DNA of 63,707 nucleotides, filler included, from Hyphochytrium catenoides (taxonomy: Eukaryota > Protista > Hyphochytriomycota): NCBI GenBank assembly GCA_900088475.1. It is 7 parts of 7 records of this genome, joined end to end, with 100 filler letters (N's around TTAATTAATTAA, not from the genome) between each part and the next. Parts side by side here need not be neighbours in the genome. Positions count along the whole stretch, not along the records: positions 41,196 to 52,598 come from FLMG01001755.1; positions 52,699 to 61,092 come from FLMG01002496.1; 5 more parts are not named here. The stretch is one strand, 5' to 3'. Shown one piece after another: positions 47,356 through 58,860 of the stretch. Position 1 is the first letter of the stretch; each line of letters opens with the position of its first letter. The position numbers were made by a program, and so were the translations under genes. The notes under the pieces were generated by a model. The model did no database searches and was not told the DNA's origin. It saw only the letters and a list, made by a program, of their open reading frames with translations.

Positions 47356-50300
47356 TGTTGCCCGGCGTCTTTCTCAACCGTTTCAATCCTGGTGCTTCCT
47401 TAAAACCCTAGCTTCCTCCTTCTTGACCGAAGTCCTCAAATGTTAGAGTGAGGACACCGCAGTACTTCTCCTTCAGCCTTGCTAACGGACGGATGAGTTG
47501 TCCTTCTTGTCAACGATGCAGGAACTAGAAGAGTGAAAGACCTCTTAGTGGTGGAGCATCAACGCTCGCCGCCCTCGGCCGCAGTCGTTGTGCCCTTCTT
47601 CAAATCCCTATTGGAAAGAAAATACGTCCAGTTCTGTGGGGCAGGAAGAGGCAGGTCGTACACTACTCCTGCTAAACCAAATGGCGGATCACCTTTGGTA
47701 AATTTATGGTCCGGGGTAACTGGTCAAAATGGTTCTCGGAAGTCAAAATCCTACCACCTTTGTAAGAAGCGACGAGGAAAGCCGAACACGAAGTCGGAAA
47801 GAGACACCCAGGAGGAACAGAGAAATCAAGCAAGAAGGTGTGTGTCTCCCCCAACTAAGAAGTAGAAGTGAGATTTGCTACATCTTGGTCGTTTCCTTGT
47901 TCCGTTCCAACGACGAGCACAAAGTTCCTTTCTTGGCTTCTTGGTGAAGGAAGAAGAGGCAGACCGCGGGAGGAGGTGGGATCCAAACAACCTTTGCCGT
48001 CTGTCTCGTTCGCCTTGTTTGCAGCAGGATTGTCCAACTTCCCTTCTGTAGAGAGGGAGACGATTAGGAGGAAAGGTGAGACGGATGTAGGGAGCTCAGC
48101 CAGCAATAGGTGTGATCCAAAGGATTCCAAAGGGCTTTCTTTGGACAGAGAAGGGAGGAAGAGGAGCAAGAGGGAACGAGTTCAAAACAGGCCCACTTAT
48201 ATTTTGTAAGGAAAGGTTAGTGGGAGCTGCTTGAGCGACGACGGCATCGATCGTGTGCAAATAGCAAGGCCCAACAAGGCTGGAAATACTACGAGTACGG
48301 TAGGCAAAGCTCCAAACGAGGCTCTTGTGACGGTTCAACTCGATGATGAAGCTGCTTCCTGTGTATGAGATGGGTGGGCCTGCTTCGGTTCTGGGGGGTC
48401 CCTGGTACATACACAGTAGCTTATGTGCCTCATACTTTTCTTTCCTAAGATTTCCGTAACATTCGAAAGGAATAGAAAGGCCAATTCATAGTCTTCTACT
48501 ACCAGCTCAACGAATATTTCAGAGGTGGAGCTTCTGAAGTGTTATATTTCCCCCAGGGTCGGACAGGTCAGTTGGTCCAAGTCGCAGGGGTTTCTAGTAA
48601 AACGCCTCTCCATATATTGTCGCTGCTTTAGTTTGTTTCCATGTCTTTATAGATTCATAATAACAGGAAGGCTATGGCATTTCCAATAATACCTTAACAG
48701 AGCGATTTATGAAAGGCTTTTCGCTCCACCTAACCTAAGATAGTCTCATAAGTAACACCACCAAGTGGCAGCAGCTCTACTGTGTTCTTTGAAAGGCATT
48801 CAAAAGATTTTTTGGAGTCAGGAGATCTCATGAAGCGGCACTACTTCCTGCTGTTTTATGGCTGCGTCTGGTTGCTTGGCTGCTGCTGCTGCTATTCTCT
48901 CTTCTTAGGGTTAGGGTTTAGGGTTGTCACGTCTCGCTACCACTTATTACGTCAAAGTCTTTCGTCTCGATCGCCATCACCATCATCTGTCAGCAGCCAA
49001 GCAGCAGTTCAGTTGTTGCTGGTGCTATAACAACATTAGCAGCAGCCTCCCGCCAGCGGCGGAGGGTAAGCTATTTCCACTAAACTTGCCGACAAGGCTT
49101 CTGGCTGCTTTCGATATCCTCTCTCGATGTCTCCTGCCTCCTTGTCAGAGGTCCTTGGTTATTACTATACGTAATAGAGTTGTCCCAAGTTAAGCCTAAG
49201 TCCTTGCCAGTAGGTAGTAGTCGAGGTGGCTCTCATCGACTTCTGATGATCTTTTGAGAAAAGCAGGGAGTTACCATATTTTTCTCTCTAAGAGCAAGAG
49301 GCGAGGTGTCAAGACTAAAAAGCTGAAATCTCAAATGGCCTTCTTTCATTACCTGTCGCGACTTGCTTCATAATTAGCGGAAGCAGAGAACGTGTGTTTG
49401 TTGACCGAAGAGTAGTACCGGATACGACATTTGGCTCAAGCAGGTATCAGCGATTCTCTAGGCCTACCCATTTTACCATCACAGACACCTAGGGCTCCAG
49501 AGGAGCAGCAAAGACAACAGTTCCACGGAGCCTCCCTCGACAGAAGCGAATGCGAGAATGGCAAAATGAGCCACTTTAACAGCTGCCCGCCGCAACGGAA
49601 GAAGAGACGTATACGACACGTGAAGATCGAGATCAAGAGTGCTGACAGGGAGAAGAGTCATACAACAGGCTGCTTTTCAACGCACCAGACAACAGTTGAC
49701 AGGAGGGACAGCACTCCGCCAAAAAAGCAGAAGAACGGACTCCTTTTTTTCAAAAACATAATGGACCACAAGAAGAACAGCTTAGCCATAAAGAGCGGTC
49801 CTTTTATCAGGAGCCGGCAGGACGAAGAAGGAAAAGTAAGAACGGCCTCGACGGAGCAGCATATCGCTCAGACTCTGCGATGTACCTTAAGAAATAGGTA
49901 GGGAAGCCTTAGAAAACCATCACTTCCTTGTTAGGAGAAGGCCCAAAGGACAAGAGGGAGAAATGGAACGAATAGAGATACCACTCGGCTGAGTATGACA
50001 GGCAATACAGATCATTTGCTAGGGACCTAATCCCGCTACTGCTGCCTTCCTTATGGGCAGCAGTGCATGTGGTGATTACAGGGCGGACTCACCAAAGAAG
50101 AGGTTGCAATGTAACCTCACTTGAGGCCTCAGCATCCTTATAGCCATCAATAAAGACTTTTGCCCCAGTTAATAAACTCCGAGTCTTCTTCCGCTTCCAC
50201 TTTCCTTCCACCGAATGGCTGAAGAGGCGGGGTTAGGAGATGGTAATCAGTCGCTTTAACCTTGCCGCTACGCAAGGTTAACTTTTCCCCTGAATATGAC

Positions 50301-50659
50301 GTGCAAACTGGATCTTCTACTTTGTGGAAGGATAAAGGATAAAGCGGAGATTCCTAAGAGCCCGTTCGGAAAAGCTTCATGTCCCTCTGATCCATGGAAT
50401 CGCTGTCATTCATCATCCTCTCTTCTCCTGTTGCACTCTGATTCTGTGTCTGCGACAAGCTATACGACATGGCACTTTCACATGGACAAGCTGTGATGAA
50501 GTCTTTTGTCACAGTATCACTGTAAGATACTGGATCAAATTAGCGACACCTACACTTACATCGACGTGGAAGCTCTCCCAGGCAGGTGATAACAATTAAC
50601 AGACCATAATAACTGACAGGGTTCTCCAGAGATGGGCTGACTCTCCGAGGTCTAATTTC

Positions 50660-51964
50660 TCACTGTCTGATCACCTCGCCGGGCACGATCGTAGAAGTTC
50701 CTGAGGCCGGATTGAACACCGCATGACGGACTCTGTATGTATAGGGTCCACAGCAGGCGCCGCAAGGACCCCCATTGACGTGCGCCTTATCCGCACACTG
50801 ATCGCAGAACTCCCCAAGCATATTCATAAAGCCGCAGCCTATAGTCATCGTGTTCTGAGCACCTTTAGCAAAGCTCGTCTCTCGTGAATTGATAACGCTG
50901 CCAGCATCGTCCATTTGGCCCGATAGGAGCGTACTGGTCGAGTAACCGTTCATGACCTTTTGTGCCATCAGATTAGAGTATACGATATCGATTGGCAGAA
51001 CGTCCTTCTTAGACTCGATATATTGAACAATCCTCCGGATAGATTTGCCCTTCACCATATAGGCATGAGTGTTTCCCATCGTCTCCAGTTTGAAGTACCC
51101 GACTTCTGATGCATTAACCATAGGTGGGCGCCAGGCCGTGCCACCAAGGTAGAAAAAGTCCCAGTCCGAAAGAGCTACTTTGTTGTTTCTTAGGGTTCCG
51201 ATGAGAATTTCTTCAAAGCCATCAATGAAGGCAGCGTCATCCTCGAATATTACTAAGTCGCTATACTTCTCAACCTCACTTCCGTATCGGTTACGGTTCT
51301 CGGCCTCATGCTCCTTCATGAGGTGAAGGTGAGAGAGCAAGCAACCATAAGCGCCAGCGCTGCTATAGTAGTAGGAGGCCTTTAAGTCTGTTCTGCCAAA
51401 CCACATCTCTTCGGGAGGAATCCTTGCAACGTCTATAGCGTGAAAGAGGGCGGGTTTGGGCAGGAAGCTGATGTTATGGAGATCCCAGTGGGCCATAAAG
51501 CTTCCGAGTCTACCGTAGTCCCCACGTGAAACCATAGAAATGACTCGGACTTTCGGGTCTGTCAACGCTGTGTTAGACCACCACCTTACTGCTGGTGAAC
51601 CATCAGGAAGCAGCGGTAGCGGAGTAGCCGCAGAAGCGGCTGTTGAATTGAGCGACCTTACGGCATTCCCGTTATCGGGAGCCCGTGGGTGCTGCTGGTC
51701 CCTTCGATTATACCAGAGTTGTGCTGGCATGCTCACTACATCGACAACGGAAGGGTATCGCCAGCACGAATTGAAGATAACGACTGTAATGGCGAGGACT
51801 AACAACACAGTCAATACCAGTGATCTAAAGGACATCAAAGCTGGTGACCTTCTTCTGTTACTCCTATCAGAATTTTCTTGACAGAACCTGCTGTCGTCGC
51901 CGTCCTTTGACGAGGTTTTTCCCATAAGGGCCATCCTCCCATCGTCTTCTGCCGCTACCTCCAT
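50660..51964 (-). CDS. Glycosyltransferase family 25-like type II membrane protein, intronless
   Basis: 434-aa ORF with signal anchor LVLTVLLVLAITVVIF. GT25 motifs: FHAIDV, GAYGCLLSHLHL, LVIFEDDA, WDFFYLGG, THAYMV, PIDIVY. Confidence 0.85.
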   Translation of the reverse strand: MEVAAEDDGRMALMGKTSSKDGDDSRFCQENSDRSNRRRSPALMSFRSLVLTVLLVLAITVVIFNSCWRYPSVVDVVSMPAQLWYNRRDQQHPRAPDNGNAVRSLNSTAASAATPLPLLPDGSPAVRWWSNTALTDPKVRVISMVSRGDYGRLGSFMAHWDLHNISFLPKPALFHAIDVARIPPEEMWFGRTDLKASYYYSSAGAYGCLLSHLHLMKEHEAENRNRYGSEVEKYSDLVIFEDDAAFIDGFEEILIGTLRNNKVALSDWDFFYLGGTAWRPPMVNASEVGYFKLETMGNTHAYMVKGKSIRRIVQYIESKKDVLPIDIVYSNLMAQKVMNGYSTSTLLSGQMDDAGSVINSRETSFAKGAQNTMTIGCGFMNMLGEFCDQCADKAHVNGGPCGACCGPYTYRVRHAVFNPASGTSTIVPGEVIRQ

Positions 51965-52598
51965 TATTCTCCAGCAGCACGCGCACTCCTCATATATAGG
52001 ACTACTCTAAATCCGGAAACCCTCTGGTTTAGCGGAAGGAGACTATAAAACGTGCTGTAAGTGTTGCTCAGGCCAGGAGGCAGGCAGGACACTGCCTGAT
52101 ACCTTGCTGCTCTCTCTCGCCACTCCGATTGAGCTTTCCCTACTCAATCTCTGCTGAACGACGAGGCGGCCCGGCACTCAGAACTCCACTTCAGGCTTTT
52201 CTGATGCTTCTGTCAACAGGCGTCTTCTCACCACGCTTGCTCCGTCTTGAAGCAGCTACTCGACCACACTGTTCAGACCAAAGCGCTCTTCTTGCTCTCA
52301 CTGGTCAATTATTAACAATGATCGTCATCAGACAGCTTGCTCATCATCAGAATTGTGCTTTGCCCATTGCCCTTGTGTTTTTCAGGCCTGATGACCTGCC
52401 GAGCACAACAATAGAGATGGGGCCTTGCCCGTTTCTGCTTTCCCACCCTTATTTATTCAACCTTTTTTACTGATTTTATGGCGTTATACTTAAACTAATA
52501 AAGGGTTGTGCCACTATTGTGCCCTGCCTCTATTGTGCAACACATAAAGATAATTCGCTGAGCGTAAGCGAAGCGTCTAGTGGATAGGGCATGAGCCC

Positions 52599-52698
52599 NN
52601 NNNNNNNNNNNNNNNNNNNNNNNNNNNNNNNNNNNNNNNNNNTTAATTAATTAANNNNNNNNNNNNNNNNNNNNNNNNNNNNNNNNNNNNNNNNNNNN
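52599..52698. other. Assembly linker gap
   Basis: N44-TTAATTAATTAA-N44. Confidence 0.97.
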
Positions 52699-53259
52699 TC
52701 TTCAAAGACAACCACTTCCAGTGTCTGAGCACCAACAAAAGAGTCTGTACTCACTGGTGACACAGTTCAGGGAGCTCGACCAATGTTTCTCCTTCCTACT
52801 TACTACACGGATGACTAATGTTAATGAGGGCAAACGGGTCACAGCATTAAAAAGAGGAGAGGCGAAAGGAGAGGAGAAGAAGGAGCTGTGTAAGGTCAAG
52901 GGCTTTGGCAATATTATGAGCGCGGAGCGCGGGCGTTATTGGGACCACAGAGACAGAGAGAGAGAGAGAGGAGTACCACCCAGCGCGTGGGGGCGAATGA
53001 ATACGAGTTACATCGGTCTCATCTTACAATCGCCGGAAGACCCTTCGTCTATCGCTCGGGTGCTCTCCGCCAGGTGGTAGCAGCTCATCATTATGGCAAA
53101 GGCACTCACTGCTTCACACACTTTGCCGCTTTTATCATAGGTCTTAGCTGAACGACAGAAGAACCCTAACGCTAGGACAACGCGAACGAAGGGTAGTAGT
53201 AGCGCGCGTAGTAGCGAAAGCACGACGAGCGCATCACTGCTAGGTAGTTCATCGTCCGC

Positions 53260-55822
53260 ATGAGTCGCTGGAGTAGACAATGTCAACCCTTTCATCATCG
53301 GCTAGCGACCAGTCGCCTACGAATCCTCTTTCTTCTCGCAGGCACAAGCCTACTGCTTGTGCACTTTCAGGGACTAAGCTTCAATCCTGCACTCACGTCA
53401 CGTGACTCAGATAATGGTAACGTTATCGATTCTCGGGTTCTCAACAGGTTGGCCAGCAGGAGCGAGGACGGAAACGACTCTTATCCTAGTGGTAACGATT
53501 CAGTGGTCTCTCCTCGAGACCCAGCCGCTTCCCTAGCTGCTCCAACAAGAGCTTCACAGCTCCAACCTACGACGACTCCGCTAGCTGCTGCCTCACTAAG
53601 GGGAGTAGGCGGAACAACCTCAAAAGCAGGCAATTTTTCTTCATCGTCACAGGGCTTACCACAGAATTCGTCAGAAAGAACCCTGCCCTTAAAAGATGCA
53701 GGATCTCCGACAAGCCACTCAGCAACTTCTCGACCATCACTATTCGCGGCAACAATAGCACCAAGTACCTTCCCTCCTAGCGTCTTTAGTCCTAGCAAGA
53801 TCAACGCTAAAAGCACAAGCACGTCTCCCTTGCCAACTGACCCACCATCTGGCACACTTGTCAGTGTCGATAGCCCTTACGAGACCAACGACATCAGGGG
53901 TAATGCCGTCAGCAGCGGTCAAGTGCAAGTCTACTCCATGGCTTATGAGAAGATCGGCCTATCTGAAGCGCTTGGTGCTCCTTTCTTGGTTGAGGAAGAA
54001 GATGGTGACCACGTTAGTAAGCCAACCTCCCTTACAAGGAATACCTCTCGAGAAAGGGCTAAAGCCTCCTTCACTAAAGAGGAAACTGGTCAAGCGATCA
54101 TTCATGATCGAGCCCTGAAGACGAAGTTTCAGACTACGGCTGTACTCATTCATTGGAAGAGGACGAAGAATATAAAAACGATCGTTAGCTACCTCCTAGA
54201 TTACTCCGTTGTATCGGAGGTTATCATATGGAACAACAACCCAAACGTACGTTGACAAAGGAGTACTTCTGCAACGTCTCCCTCACGGCAGCTTCAAAGG
54301 AGATCGTGATCGTTAACTCTCGGTATAACTTCGGGACACGAGGACGTTACTTGGCAGCGGCCATGGCCTCTAACCCGACTGTCTTCCTACAAGATGATGA
54401 TTGGGATGCTCGAGGTTACTTCTGGGGATTGTTCCTCGGGTATTCTGCATCACCGTCACAATTGCTACTAACGCGCCAACGGCGGCTAATGACCACAAAT
54501 GGTCCTTCTCTAACCATACCATAAACCTTCACTCAGGGTTCGCTTGGATAGGCTGCGGTTGCTTTGTAAGCAAAGCGCATCTGGATCGTTTTCGAATTAT
54601 CGCCACGGGGTACAATAGTGGCCCAAACATTGAGTTGCATATGGACGCTATGTTTACCATCATGCTCAACCAGTTCCCAGTCATTTACACCGTGCAGCTG
54701 CAGGAGCTGGGTGGTGAAGAGGAGCGTGCGGTGGGGATTTATTACTCAGGCAACCACGTTCAAGATGAAGTAGGTGCAGTAAAGAACTTTGCGGCTAGAA
54801 GCGTTTTTGATTCACTTATAAAGCAATACCAAGACGCAAGAAAGGCAACGATAGCGGCTCATCAAGGAGAGAGCTCGAGACTTCCTCTGACTTCCAATGG
54901 CTCCATCTATAATAATGCCGAGAATGCGACGACGTTTAGTCTTGCAGAGCAGAAAACTCCTAGCCGTACTCAGGACACAGATGATACCAGCAGCGAGTCT
55001 GAGAACTTGACTGCCAGCAACAAGGTGAATGCAGCTGATGTGATTCTCAGCTTAACTGTTGCTCAACCGCTTAACAAGAACTGGCCGCAACGATGGTGGA
55101 GCACCTGCCCCGATGGTAGCTGTCGCTTCGAAACAAACATTGCCCTGGTAGATATCTCCACGCCCCAGTATGACCCCACCAGGGCTAACTATGAACCGGT
55201 AGCAAGAGAGCTATTCAACCAACAAATCGGACATTTTACACGCTTTCCTATTCCCTGTGCTGTCGGTGGAGGTGACTGCTGCTGGAAGTCATTCTACCCT
55301 CTCAAACTGGGAAACGTCATTGGTTATGACTTCATTTCTATCGGTAAATTAAGCAGCGTGGTGATCAAGCATCGCCTTCCGAGAGAATTTACGTCTCAGG
55401 TGACTGTCTCGGTCTCTCTGGATGGGATGGCATACCGAGACCTAGACCCTTCTAACTATTATTGGGCCACCACTTACACCAACCTCACGACAGCAGAATC
55501 GGAAAGTGGCTTGGATAACAACTTGGTGGCAGTAACGAGGCTCAATTTTTTTCAAGAAGAAAGAAGCAGCAGCAGTAGTGACAGTGACAGTACTCTGAGA
55601 GCACATGCTGCCGAAGACATTGAACCTTTTGTCATCACCCGCTTCCTTCGGCTTACTTTCGTCGGAGCAGATTGGAAGACCAAGGACGGAACGTCGACGA
55701 TGGATGGATACGGTGAGGCGTTGAAGGAGGAAGTTACGGTGGGGCCAGGCATCACATCATCATCAAGACACCTTGAGATATGCGGGCTTCAGAAACGGTT
55801 TGAACCACTAGTTCCAATGTAA
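53260..55822 (+). pseudogene. GT-A fold (GT64/EXTL-like) glycosyltransferase-like type II membrane gene with S/T-rich stem and possible C-terminal beta-sandwich, split by two -1 frameshifts
   Basis: Three overlapping ORFs (53260-54255, 54228-54524, 54401-55822) read continuously: TTAVLIHWKR..EVIIWNNNPN / LTKEYF..IVNSRYNFGTRGRY..VFLQDDDW / ..HKWSFSNHTINLHSGFAWIGCG..DAMFTIMLNQFP. The span is 2563 nt; adding 2 nt gives 855 codons. No intron can be placed at either junction. Confidence 0.75.
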
Positions 55823-56489
55823 AGCATCAACAGCCTGTGTGTCAAGAAATAAATACTAAGAGCATCTCATCGTTTTCTCAATGCTGAGGTAACAACCTCC
55901 TTTATGGTGCTTTTGATGATGAAGGTAGAAAAGAAGGTCAGTGTAGATGATCAACACAGCCGGGATATCCTCCCCACCATTAACCACATTGGCACCTTGG
56001 CCATCGAGGGCTAACATAAGTAGAGTTGTCGAACCCCGCAAAACGCCTTGACGAAGGCTGTGGCGTCCTCTCGTCTCGAAAATACTAATCAGTGTCAGTC
56101 CATGAAATTAATTGCTAGGGATCGACTAGCTAAGCCAGGCTCTTCGGACACTTGGGCAGGGACAAGTTATCATAATAACTTTTCTTGGCGTTGCAAAGAG
56201 CAAGAGGACCCTTTTATCTATCTCCTCCCCTGACTGCCAATAATCGTCTTAGAGAAGCTCAAAGAAGTACCTCTAGCAGGCATTATGTCGCGGACACGGT
56301 GGCGTGAGGCACCGATTATTATATAACTAGCAAGTGTGTATGTATATTTACTACGGATTTGGCATAGAGAGTAGAAGTAGGTATCGGGGCAAACCATTGT
56401 TCTTCCTTCTTCAGCTCTTAGCTATCTCCATACGCAGCGGAGCCAGCTCTAAGAGAGATGATAATGCCCCCTCTTGTGAATCCAGCGGC

Positions 56490-57340
56490 ATCAACAGCTC
56501 CCGAATGGCTAAGAGTGAGGAGCTCTCAACATCAACGCGCCACCCGAACCACCACCAATTGGATAATCAAATCATATTTATAGGGCTCCCTCCTTTTCAC
56601 GCCTTCTTACATCTATGAAAGGCAATTTTTTAAGCGATCTATCAGTCTAACGAGTCTAACGAAGGAAGGACGACGATTTTCCAGCAGTCGTACAGAAGAG
56701 GAGCTTGGTCACAGGTTGAATAAGGGCCGATAATAAGATGTGCCGTGACCTGTGTATAGTAGGTTTCTGTTTTCTTGCTATCACGGCCCACCCCATCCCC
56801 GAGGCCCCGCGCGGACCGATCCATGACCCTAGAGCACGCGGTCGGTTCGGAGGTAGGGAAGACGGAATATGGAGAAGATAGAAGAGACACCCATTTTATT
56901 CAAGTCAGTCTAGTTATTCTTATTCAGATACTACGCAATAATTTTTTCGTAGACCACGAAGGTCACAGCGCTGACAGGAAAGGCACGCAGGCACGTAGCA
57001 CCAAAGCCATTCATCAGAAAGCTAAACTAGGAGGTTCGAAAGGCATCGTTGCTGTCACGGAGAATGAGGAGGAGGCATTATTAGTGACAACATTGGCAAC
57101 AAGGGAGATCATGGTTCCCCCTAAAAGCCATGGACCAGGAATGCTTGGACTGAGCAACCACTGCACTTTTCCTCGTAACTCCTGACCACTCGAGTCGACG
57201 AGGCAATCGTCGCAGAAGATTAATGCTTTTATCCTAACGCTTCGTCCTTCTGACTGTTCGTACAGCGATAGTTACCTCAGGGCAACAACAAGAAAATGGT
57301 GGTGAGCTATCAATCAGCGCTAGGGCTATTTCCAGCTGCT
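56490..57340 (+). repeat. Diverged non-coding duplication, copy 1 (copy 2 at ~58330-58860)
   Basis: Shared blocks: ggataatca, cacgccttctt(a/g)catctatga, cgaaggaaggacg, ttccagcagtcgtacaga, agatgtgccgtga, aaagccatg, actgagcaacc(a/g)ctgcac, tcctgaccact(c/a)gagtcga, tacagcgatagttacctc, cgctagggct. Copy 1 carries about 360 extra bp (~56750-57110). Confidence 0.85.
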
Positions 57341-58329
57341 GTAGCAATATCTCAAGCACCTGTGATGAGGGCGAAAGTACTGCTGCTGCTAGTTGTGACC
57401 TGGGACAGCTAGGTGGTCTGGCTATAGGCCAGTGAAAAGGATAGTGAATGAGACGATCAGAGCTGATGGCTATGCAAAGTGTTAATATCCTTCGTTCTCT
57501 TCTTCTCTTTTCCTGCATACGAGTATTATGATGTCATAGTGAACTATGGAAAGGTTTGTTCTTCTGCAGCCGGCAGTCCGCCTCTTTGTCGCTCATGGTG
57601 CTTTCCCCGTCGATGGCGGAGTTTAAGGGATTATGTCTGCACAGCCCTGTGTGGCCAGGTGAGACGAGTATTATCTGATTCTTTTACTCTCCTCCTCCAT
57701 TCCGTCGTAGGTCAGTCCTACCCTCTAACAGGGAAAATCTGGCATTCCACGTTACGAATAGTATCTTCCCTTCCAACGACTTAATATACATCAAGCCCAC
57801 CAAAGAACCTGGCGCGGCGTGGGTGACAACCGCTATCTTTAGAGCAGCCAGCACCCGATACCGTCAGCCGCCTTGAACTCACCTCACTCGACGCCAATAA
57901 CGTCTATTTGATGCTTAGAAGGATGGACATCTTAAGCGTTGTCGTCTGTTGCACCAGACTCGCTTCTGCACTGAAGTGAATGTCCCAAGCGAGACAACAG
58001 AGTCAACAACCACTACGAAGCTATTATATCCTGGATCTTGGGCTGTGTCGTGTCGACGGTGACTGTCTTCAAATTATCTTTCTGACAGCAGTAGCAGTGA
58101 CAATAATCTGAGAGGCAACCTTAGTTCCCATGACTCTGTTTGTGCATGTGTCACCGCCTGCCCTATCTACCAGCAATCACAAAGACTGGGTAAAGAAAGT
58201 AGAAGTAGGAAAGCCATCGTATTACATTCTCCGTTCTGCCGCTCTTTACTCTCATCATACTACGCAGCATAGCCTTTGAGAAAGATAATACATGTGTCCT
58301 CTTATGACATCTGGCAGCACCATTTGCAG

Positions 58330-58860
58330 CTCCTGAATGATGGCTACTAAGAAGGCTGAGCACACCGCCGCACCCAATCAAGGATAATCACATCGTAAGC
58401 TTCCCTTCTTTCCACGCCTTCTTGCATCTATGAGACGGCAATAATCGGTCAATCAGTCCAGCGAAGGAAGGACGGACGAAGACTTCCAGCAGTCGTACAG
58501 AGAGGAGGAGCTTTGTACAAAGCTTTGATGAATTGATGGCCGATCAGATGTGCCGTGAGAACTTGGATCCATTTCCTAGGTTTCTCGGTTGTGCCCCTAA
58601 TAATAAAGCCATGAATCTGAAGAGATGCTTTGAACTGAGCAACCGCTGCACGTTTCCTCCTCGTGATTCCTGACCACTAGAGTCGAGGGAGCCATCATCG
58701 CAGAACGTTGTTATCCCTACGCAGCAAAGAGCCAAAGCAAGCCCACTTCGACGGCGGGCACCGCTTCCTGGCTGCTGGTCTTTTTACAGCGATAGTTACC
58801 TCTCAGACCAACAAGAATGGGAAGCTATTCAATGTCCGCTAGGGCTTCTTGCAGCTGCGG
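58330..58860 (+). repeat. Diverged non-coding duplication, copy 2
   Basis: Collinear with 56490-57340. Confidence 0.85.

Noticed and set aside
49431-49901. 156-aa ORF between OSCA and GT25
   Set aside because: Non-ATG start, no motifs, no evidence of coding conservation.
50660-55822. Divergent two-gene glycosylation cluster
   Set aside because: A linker gap (52599-52698) separates the two genes, so adjacency is not established.
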